DNA from: Chloroflexota bacterium
GTDB taxonomy: Bacteria > Chloroflexota > Dehalococcoidia > Lucifugimonadales > Lucifugimonadaceae
Assembly (NCBI GenBank): GCA_030831265.1
Contig: JAURLM010000077.1
Coordinates: forward strand, 1 to 33,016
Direction of reading: 5' to 3'
DNA length: 33,016 bases
The position numbers were made by a program, and so were the translations under genes. Of this stretch, positions 27,059 through 33,016 are shown piece after piece. Position 1 is the first letter of the stretch. Each line of letters starts with the position of its first letter. Below the pieces are notes generated by a model. It searched no databases, was not told where the DNA came from, and saw nothing but the letters and a program-made list of their open reading frames with translations.

Positions 27059-28768
27059 GTGCTGGCGGTGCTGGTAGGGGCTTCGGCTGCTGGGATCGCA
27101 TACATTTTTCACAACTTTGTCGACTGGCTCCAGTTCATATTCTTTGAACAGGGTCAGAGCGTCCTGGGTTTCATGGGTGACTACTGGGTCATCATCATTC
27201 CTGCGCTTGGTGGCCTGATTGTTGGCCCGCTGGTCTACTTCTTTGCCAGGGAGGCCGGTGGACACGGTGTGCCTGAAGTGATGGCAGCCGTGGCGTTAAG
27301 GAGTGGACGAATTCGTCCGCGTATCCTGGCCGTAAAGTCTCTGGCTGCTGCTATTACGATTGGCAGTGGCGGTTCTGCAGGCCTGATCGGCCCGATCGTA
27401 TATGTAAGTTCAGCCGCAGGTTCTACGATCGGCCAGAGGCTCTTCCTGCCGTCAGACTGGATCAAGACCCTTGTTGCCAGTGGTGCCGCTGCCGGAATAT
27501 CTGCCACGTTCAACGCTCCGCTGGCCGGTATCTTCTTTGCTATGGAGGTCATTCTCCGTCGCTATGAGAGCCGCGCTTTCGGTGTCGTGGTGCTTTCGTC
27601 CGTGGTGGCTTCGGCAATCACACAGCGCCTGGTAAGCGATGCGCCCGCGTTCCTGGTACCTACCTACAAAGTGGTCAGCTCATGGGAGTTCCTTTTTTAC
27701 CTTGTGCTGGGGATCCTGGCCGCGATAACGGCCCATCTCTTCGTGACCGTATTGTTCACCGTAGAGGATCTATTCAAGAAGGTAGAGTTCATTCCCCCGT
27801 ACATGCTCCCGGTCTTCGGTGGGTTAATTGTTGGGACGATCGGTCTTGCGTATCCAGAGGTGTTCGGCGTCGGCTACGAAGTCATCGATGTATTCGCCAG
27901 GCCGTTCGGTGCTGTTGACGGGGCGCTGGTCGGGTCACTGGGCGCAGGCTTGATGGCCGCGCTGGTGCTGCTAAAGATCCTTGCTACATCTGTAACCCTG
28001 GGCTCAGGCGGTAGTGGTGGTGTTTTTGCACCGTCACTGTTCATTGGTGCGATGCTTGGTGGGGTGTTCGGGGCCGGTGTCAATGAACTGTTCCCGGATA
28101 TCACCGCGCCGAGTGGCGCTTATGCCGTGATTGGCATGGCCGCAGTCTTTGCCGGGGCCGCGAGGGCGCCTGCGACCGCGATCATTATCCTGTTCGAGAT
28201 GACGCGCGACTACCAGATCATTCTTCCGTTGATGGCGGCTGTGGTCGTCGCAGTCGTCGTGGCGCAGGCGTTGCGCAAAGAGAGCATTTACACGTTCAAG
28301 CTGCGACGCAGAGGCTTGGACATTGATGGCGCTGTTCATGAGGACGTGCTGGACGCCGTACACGTGAGGGACGTCATGACGCGGGAGTTCCCGACCGTGC
28401 GGCCGGATACGTCCGTCTCTGAGTTGACCCACCTGTTTGCAGAGACAGGCCACCACGGGTTCCCGGTGGTTGACGAGGACGGGTATCTTGCTGGCGTGGT
28501 GACTATGACCGACCTGCAGAAGGTCGGCAATGGCGAGCACTCGACTGTTGACGACATCGCAACTCACAATGTCATCGTGGTGTACGAAGACCAGACATTG
28601 CATGATGCGCTCGCTCGGTTCGGCGGCCAGGATGTCGGCAGGATCCCGGTAGTGACAAGGTCTGACCATCGTCACCTGGTGGGAGTGCTACGCCGCCATG
28701 ACATCATCAAGGCGTATGCCCGCCAGATCAGCACCACGCTGGCCGGGCGGGCCGGAAGCAGGCCCTGA
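27059..28768 (+). CDS. ClC-family chloride channel/transporter with a C-terminal tandem CBS pair
   Basis: ClC motifs are present: GGHGVPEV, GSGGSAGLIGP, FNAPLAGIFFAMEV, GGVFAPSLFIG and FEMTRDYQIILP. Two CBS-like modules follow (VRDVMTREFPTV... and VDDIATHNVIVV...). The first canonical start is GTG 27059, but the frame is open upstream to 26885. Confidence 0.88.
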   Translation: MLAVLVGASAAGIAYIFHNFVDWLQFIFFEQGQSVLGFMGDYWVIIIPALGGLIVGPLVYFFAREAGGHGVPEVMAAVALRSGRIRPRILAVKSLAAAITIGSGGSAGLIGPIVYVSSAAGSTIGQRLFLPSDWIKTLVASGAAAGISATFNAPLAGIFFAMEVILRRYESRAFGVVVLSSVVASAITQRLVSDAPAFLVPTYKVVSSWEFLFYLVLGILAAITAHLFVTVLFTVEDLFKKVEFIPPYMLPVFGGLIVGTIGLAYPEVFGVGYEVIDVFARPFGAVDGALVGSLGAGLMAALVLLKILATSVTLGSGGSGGVFAPSLFIGAMLGGVFGAGVNELFPDITAPSGAYAVIGMAAVFAGAARAPATAIIILFEMTRDYQIILPLMAAVVVAVVVAQALRKESIYTFKLRRRGLDIDGAVHEDVLDAVHVRDVMTREFPTVRPDTSVSELTHLFAETGHHGFPVVDEDGYLAGVVTMTDLQKVGNGEHSTVDDIATHNVIVVYEDQTLHDALARFGGQDVGRIPVVTRSDHRHLVGVLRRHDIIKAYARQISTTLAGRAGSRP

Positions 28769-28783
28769 CGCTTCTCGGAGCGG

Positions 28784-29902
28784 CTATCTCGCCGCAGCTA
28801 CGGCTCTTTGGGCCACGCCTTCAACGGCGTTGCACCAGCGCGTAACTATCACGAGGCCGTGTTCGGGGTCGATATTGACCGTGTTGCCTCCTGCTCCCGA
28901 TGCTGCGAACAGAGATTCAGGCACTGACGCGCCGTACCGCTTGCCACCGGTGTTCAGCCACCACATAAGTCCGTAGCGGTCGTTCTGCGAGCACGGCTGA
29001 CGCATCATCTCGAACCAGCGTTCCGAAACAAGCTGCCGGTCTTGCCACTTACCTCCATTGAGAAACAGCAGGCCGAAGCGAGCGTGGTCGTAGGAGTTGA
29101 TGTGGATGCCACCGCCCCAGTGAGCGCCGCCCGAGACGGATTTCATGCGCTTGCCGTTGATATCGACTACCGAGTTACGGTAGCCGTGCCATTCCCATGT
29201 ATTGCTGGCGTTGATGGGCTGCATGATGGAGCGACGCAAAACGTCCGGCAATGGCTCGTCCCACAGGGCGGCAAGCGCGAGCGCGCAGAGGTTCACGCGC
29301 ACATCGTTATATTCCCAGTGCTCACCGGGCCGCTTGCGAACATCACGCGCTCCTGCGCCCCCGGAGTTGACCGAGCGGTTCCAGTCGACCGTGTCCGGGC
29401 GGTCCCACAGGGTTCCCTCCCATTCCGAGGTCTGCTGGAGCAGGTGCCGCCATGTGATTTCCGCGTTATGGCCGGATGTGAACGGTTGCAGCGTTTGTCC
29501 GGAGGAGACATCTCGGATGGAGACATCCTTGATGTCCTCGATGACAGGACGGTCAAGATCCTCGAGGCGACCGGAATCAAAGGCAAGTCCGGCGACGGTG
29601 GCGAGGTAGCTTTTCGTTGCGCTGAAAGTTACGTCAACGCGGCCGATGTCACCCCATTCATGGACGATGTAGCCATCTTTGAGGATTAGTCCCGCGGGGC
29701 CGCCGCGCGGTCGAATGGGGCCAAGTTTCGCGGAGTATTCCGGCGGGTCGGCAGAGACGTTGACGGTGGTGATGTCTTCCGGCCACGGGATCTCGTTGTC
29801 GATTGCGAAGCGGGATGCGTTTTCGAGGGCTGCGAGATCAAGACCAAGTGCCGCAGGGTCTCGCCGCTCCCACAGGGCGGGCGATGCTGGCGGAAAGTAC
29901 AT
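28784..29902 (-). CDS. beta-lactamase-fold serine hydrolase
   Basis: An SxxK motif (FSATKSYLATVAGLAFDSGRL) sits in a class C / DD-peptidase-like context. The start was chosen at ATG 29902 (MYFPPASPALWERRDP...). Confidence 0.65.
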   Translation of the reverse strand: MYFPPASPALWERRDPAALGLDLAALENASRFAIDNEIPWPEDITTVNVSADPPEYSAKLGPIRPRGGPAGLILKDGYIVHEWGDIGRVDVTFSATKSYLATVAGLAFDSGRLEDLDRPVIEDIKDVSIRDVSSGQTLQPFTSGHNAEITWRHLLQQTSEWEGTLWDRPDTVDWNRSVNSGGAGARDVRKRPGEHWEYNDVRVNLCALALAALWDEPLPDVLRRSIMQPINASNTWEWHGYRNSVVDINGKRMKSVSGGAHWGGGIHINSYDHARFGLLFLNGGKWQDRQLVSERWFEMMRQPCSQNDRYGLMWWLNTGGKRYGASVPESLFAASGAGGNTVNIDPEHGLVIVTRWCNAVEGVAQRAVAAAR

Positions 29903-30065
29903 CTGTTTGCAGGCTCCGGTGTGGTTTTTGTCAGTGTGTGCGGGGATAGTAGCGGAAAGTCGCTGTCGGTGTTTCGGGCTCGTGCAGTTCTTTGCAGTTT
30001 GCGGCAGCAACACAGATGTATTCTCCTGCTGGTCCAGGAATCCCGGCCGGATAGGAGGTCTTCAA

Positions 30066-30656
30066 ATGAGCAACGAACAGAATCCGGCGGTTGCCATGGC
30101 GTGGGAAGGCTCACGCCAGATGAACGGCGGTGAGCTCGAAGCGGCGGTTGCCACGCTGACTGAGGCGATACGGCTTGATCCTAACCGCGTTCATGCGTAC
30201 CAGGTACGGGCAGAAGCGTATCGGCGACTGGGCAACGACGCTGCTGCCACGGCTGACGCAGCAACCGTTACGAAGCTACAGCGAGAAGGGAGGTGGGCAG
30301 AGAGGCGTGCGAGTATCTGGACACCGCTCAACGAGGATAAGGATGCAAGCCTGTTTTCGTTCGAAGGCAGCATCGGACGGAAGAGATATGTGGAGCACTG
30401 GGGCGTGTCCCTGCTCTTGCATATCGTTGTAGTTCCGTTGGGCGCAGTTTTTTTCGCACTGGGTCCGATTGCTGCCTGGACTGGGGTGCTCTTGCTTTTG
30501 ATCACATTCGGTATTTCAACCTGGATTGCCTTGGCCGGGGCCGTGAAGCGAGTGCGCGACCTTGATCAGCCGGGTCAGTTGGTGCTGCTGGGATTCATCC
30601 CGATTGTCGGGGCGATCCTGTGGCTGTACCTCGTGTTCAAGGAAGGCGAAGAGTAA
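30066..30656 (+). CDS. TPR-like N-terminal domain fused to a DUF805 (YhaH-like) membrane domain
   Basis: ATG 30066 is preceded by AGGAGG with a 7-nt spacer. The N-terminus resembles TPR (LEAAVATLTEAIRLDPNRVHAYQVRAEAYRRLGNDAAA). The C-terminus has GSIGRKRYVEHWG, two TM helices, VKRVRDLDQPG and IPIVGAILWLYLV, which is the DUF805 pattern. Confidence 0.7.
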   Translation: MSNEQNPAVAMAWEGSRQMNGGELEAAVATLTEAIRLDPNRVHAYQVRAEAYRRLGNDAAATADAATVTKLQREGRWAERRASIWTPLNEDKDASLFSFEGSIGRKRYVEHWGVSLLLHIVVVPLGAVFFALGPIAAWTGVLLLLITFGISTWIALAGAVKRVRDLDQPGQLVLLGFIPIVGAILWLYLVFKEGEE

Positions 30657-30813
30657 GGCGGCCTGATCCCTGGGATTTTGACACGTGCGGCCACCCTGGC
30701 TGCGCTCCGGAAATGCAGTCACATGTGGTCACTGGCAAGACATCGCGATCTTGCTCGTGGATGACAGGAGTGGACCAAGGTTGGCTGCTTTACACAAGCC
30801 GACCGGCTATCAC

Positions 30814-31758
30814 CTAATCCTCAAGTCGCTTGAGGTACTGGCCTATCCAGTCATAGTTGACGAGGTTTGCATAGGCTTCCATCAGGGCTTTCGTTATGGG
30901 GCCAGCGGGTGCGCCATCGCCAATCTTGTTGCCTTGCACCGTGCGGACACCGCAAACGCAAAGCGAAGTTGATGTCAGGAACACCTCGTCCGCGGTTGTC
31001 GCGTCGAACATGTCGATGTCCTGTTCGACCACCGGCACGTCAATCGTTTCCGCCAGCTCTATCGCCGTCTCCCGGCTGATTCCGCCGAGCACGTACTGGG
31101 GCTTCGGTGTGTATATAACGCCATCCTTAACCGTGAACACGTTCGAGCCGATGCCCTCCGTCAGGAAGCCGCGGGTGTCCAGCAGGATGGCCCACGCCTC
31201 CGGGTCATGCGCCTTCGCCTCCATGTCCGCCATGATGAGGTTCAGGTAGTTGTGAGACTTTGCTCGTGGGCTGAGCGACTCCGGTGGCGTGCGGCGCACT
31301 GAGGGCACCCATACATCTATACCGTCCCGGTACAGCCGTGCGCGTGGCTTCAAGGGCAGGGGAGCGCATTCGATGATGACGTTCGGGCCGCCCGCCGTTT
31401 CCCACATATCGCCGCCGACGAGATCGACACCGCGCGAAACGCGCTGGCCTACCCAGAAGTCGTCATCCGGGCCGAGCAGCGAGAGATTCGCCGCCAGCAC
31501 ATCCTCGGTATGCCGGATCATCTCTTTCTGGGTCATGCCCGGGTCTATATGTACATACTTGAGCGAGTTGTAAAACCTGCTGATGTGCTCCTCAAGTTTG
31601 AAAATCCTGTGTCCGAATGTTCGTGTCATGTCGAACACGGCATCGCCATACTTGAAACCCCTGTCCCTGAACGGAACTCGGACCTCGCTCTCCGGCACGA
31701 TCTCGCCGTTGAAATAGGCGACGCGCTCGCCTTGCCTGCGGCCGGGAATGGTGGTCAT
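30814..31758 (-). CDS. class IV (branched-chain amino acid / D-amino acid) aminotransferase
   Basis: 314 aa. RGFKYGDAVFDMTR, a fold-type IV pattern, and GFLTEGIGSNVFTVKDGVIYTP. SD GAGGA lies upstream. Confidence 0.8.
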   Translation of the reverse strand: MTTIPGRRQGERVAYFNGEIVPESEVRVPFRDRGFKYGDAVFDMTRTFGHRIFKLEEHISRFYNSLKYVHIDPGMTQKEMIRHTEDVLAANLSLLGPDDDFWVGQRVSRGVDLVGGDMWETAGGPNVIIECAPLPLKPRARLYRDGIDVWVPSVRRTPPESLSPRAKSHNYLNLIMADMEAKAHDPEAWAILLDTRGFLTEGIGSNVFTVKDGVIYTPKPQYVLGGISRETAIELAETIDVPVVEQDIDMFDATTADEVFLTSTSLCVCGVRTVQGNKIGDGAPAGPITKALMEAYANLVNYDWIGQYLKRLED

Positions 31759-31865
31759 GTCGTGGGTTTCCTCAGGGAATCAGATGGGTTTAGCGGCTTT
31801 TCTCGTGTGGAAATGTTACCCGGCATTGAGAACTGCCTCAAACCCGTTCGGTGGCGCGGATGAAC

Positions 31866-31901
31866 GGGATATATGTACACCTGTATATGTATGTACATGC
31901 C
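31866..31901. repeat. AT-rich alternating purine-pyrimidine tract (left copy)
   Basis: GGGATATATGTACACCTGTATATGTATGTACATGCC contains two TGTACA palindromes. It is strikingly AT-rich for this window. Confidence 0.6.
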
Positions 31902-31923
31902 AGTTCGGAAATGAGGGTTATGG

Positions 31924-32580
31924 ATGCCTGGAATCATTGTGAGCCGACCGATCTTCAACAAGCTGTTCAAGCTCGCCCATGACGAGAGTTTGAGCATTAA
32001 CGCGTTCCTGACGAAGCTCCTAGAGAACACAGGGCCGGACGCCCTGACACAGGCAGCTGTCGGGAGGCCGCAGGGAGGTGAGGCGCCTGCTCCCGAAAAT
32101 TCCAGTGCAGGGGAATCACAGATCTTCGGCAGCGAGCAGTCTGAAGAAGCCGCTCCGCAACGTCCTGCCACTCCGGTTACCGCTCCCGCACCGACACCGA
32201 GATTTGCCGAGGTGCGGACGGTCGAATATGAACAGCCCCGGCAGGAACAACCGGTTGCCAGTGCCCCGGAATCCGAATCGGCGAGCCGCGCCCCCGGCCG
32301 CAGGATTGGCAACACTATCTGGGACAAAGTTGTCTCGATGGAAGGCCACAGGTTTGCCACCAGCCGTGGCAAGAAGTTCTCCTACAAGGTGCCCGGCGAG
32401 TACATCGTGGTCAGGGAGTCGAGCGCGCGTATCCCGCGCAGTCAGTTCGATAAGGCGCAGAAGATGTGGCCGGTTGCCGGACCTTCGAGGCTGGTGGGCG
32501 TCTACGCACCGTCGGTGGTGTGGGCCGTGATGAAGGAAGCGTCAGAGGCCGAAGCGGCAATGGCCGAGGCTGCGAAGTAG
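31924..32580 (+). CDS. hypothetical protein: N-terminal ribbon-helix-helix (HicB/Arc-like), a Pro/Ala/Glu-rich linker, and a C-terminal domain of unknown function
   Basis: 218 aa. The N-terminus PIFNKLFKLAHDESLSINAFLTKLLE resembles RHH antitoxin/repressor motifs. About 90 aa are low-complexity. The C-terminus is RRIGNTIWDKVVSMEGHRFATSRGKKFSYKVPGEYIVVRESSARIPRSQFDKA... Confidence 0.55.
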   Translation: MPGIIVSRPIFNKLFKLAHDESLSINAFLTKLLENTGPDALTQAAVGRPQGGEAPAPENSSAGESQIFGSEQSEEAAPQRPATPVTAPAPTPRFAEVRTVEYEQPRQEQPVASAPESESASRAPGRRIGNTIWDKVVSMEGHRFATSRGKKFSYKVPGEYIVVRESSARIPRSQFDKAQKMWPVAGPSRLVGVYAPSVVWAVMKEASEAEAAMAEAAK

Positions 32581-32809
32581 CTTTTCTCTGGCAGATGACC
32601 GGTTGACGGTGTGGTCGGGGCGGCAGAGGCTGTCGTCTTTCCCGCTGGTTTCTGCCGTCCGGAATCGCTGGTATCGCTCGCTCGTGACACACGGAGAATT
32701 CTGCCGTTCATGAGCTGTTCAGTGTGTGCGTGTTTGGTTGCTAGTCGGCCAGCACCTTGTTGTCACCGGCGGTTCTTTGTCCACCGGCGCAAGCGCAAAA
32801 TCGCCACCG

Positions 32810-32880
32810 ATATATCCCATATATCAGGAACAACTTATGCAGCTATACATACATATATATATATACAGATACATATGGGG
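32810..32880. repeat. AT-rich palindrome plus alternating purine-pyrimidine tract (right copy, inverted relative to 31866-31901)
   Basis: GATATAT-CCC-ATATATC is a perfect 7-bp inverted repeat, followed by TATACATACATATATATATATACAGATACATATGGGG. The reverse complement shares the ordered blocks ATATGTA, CTGTATAT and GTATGTA with the left copy. Confidence 0.55.
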
Positions 32881-32953
32881 TGCCAGCGACTGTTAAGCTA
32901 CGGTTTACAGGCCATGGTATGTACGCATTCAAACCGTTATCCGGACCGAGTCC

Positions 32954-32991
32954 TGTCATCCCGACCGCAGCGGAGGGGTCTTACTTTTCGA
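32954..32991 (+). repeat. 38-nt intergenic repeat, copy 2 (TGTCATCCCGACCGCAGCGGAGGGGTCTTACTTTTCGA)
   Basis: 30 of 38 positions are identical to 5161-5198 in the same orientation. Confidence 0.6.
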
Positions 32992-33016
32992 CCGACCCGT
33001 TCGCGTCATTGATTCC

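Noticed and set aside
31755-32372. 205-aa minus-strand ORF overlapping the RHH-domain ORF and the AT-rich tract
   Set aside because: The translation is low-complexity Ala/Gly/Ser/Cys-rich. It spans the AT-rich non-coding tract and overlaps the ilvE-like start. The plus-strand ORF has the more protein-like N- and C-termini.

Overview
GC-rich chromosomal segment from an uncultivated-looking bacterium; taxonomy cannot be assigned without a search. I support about 27 protein-coding genes and found no rRNA, tRNA or CRISPR array. Housekeeping genes: type II glutamine synthetase (glnII), gyrB, dnaA, fmt, a groES-groEL operon with a textbook sigma70 promoter plus CIRCE operator, and a YhaO/YhaN-type (Mre11/Rad50-like) nuclease-ATPase pair. 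Other genes: a pentapeptide-repeat protein, a NIPSNAP-like protein, two amidohydrolases, a beta-carbonic anhydrase divergent from a divergent biotin-carboxylase-like ATP-grasp enzyme, a lipoprotein serpin, a PAP2-like membrane protein, an EamA transporter, a CBS-domain ClC protein, a beta-lactamase-fold serine hydrolase, a TPR-DUF805 membrane protein and a class IV aminotransferase. Observations worth a second look: (1) at the left edge, a peroxiredoxin-like gene missed by the ORF track has an in-frame TGA exactly where the redox Cys of the FYRGxWCPYC motif sits, followed by a SECIS-like hairpin, so it is a candidate selenoprotein; it also has an apparent 1-nt frameshift. (2) An orphan ParB-like/HTH gene with a degenerate GERRxRA box is divergently paired with a DUF5343-like gene, across a spacer carrying three GGAA/TTCC inverted repeats. 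(3) A ribbon-helix-helix/unknown-domain ORF is bracketed by two inverted AT-rich alternating purine-pyrimidine tracts. (4) The ClC protein lacks both canonical glutamates. (5) The groES leader is about 310 nt, with a 16-nt direct repeat and an orphan plus-strand terminator. (6) A 38-nt repeat family occurs at two sites. None of these can be confirmed without database or structure searches.
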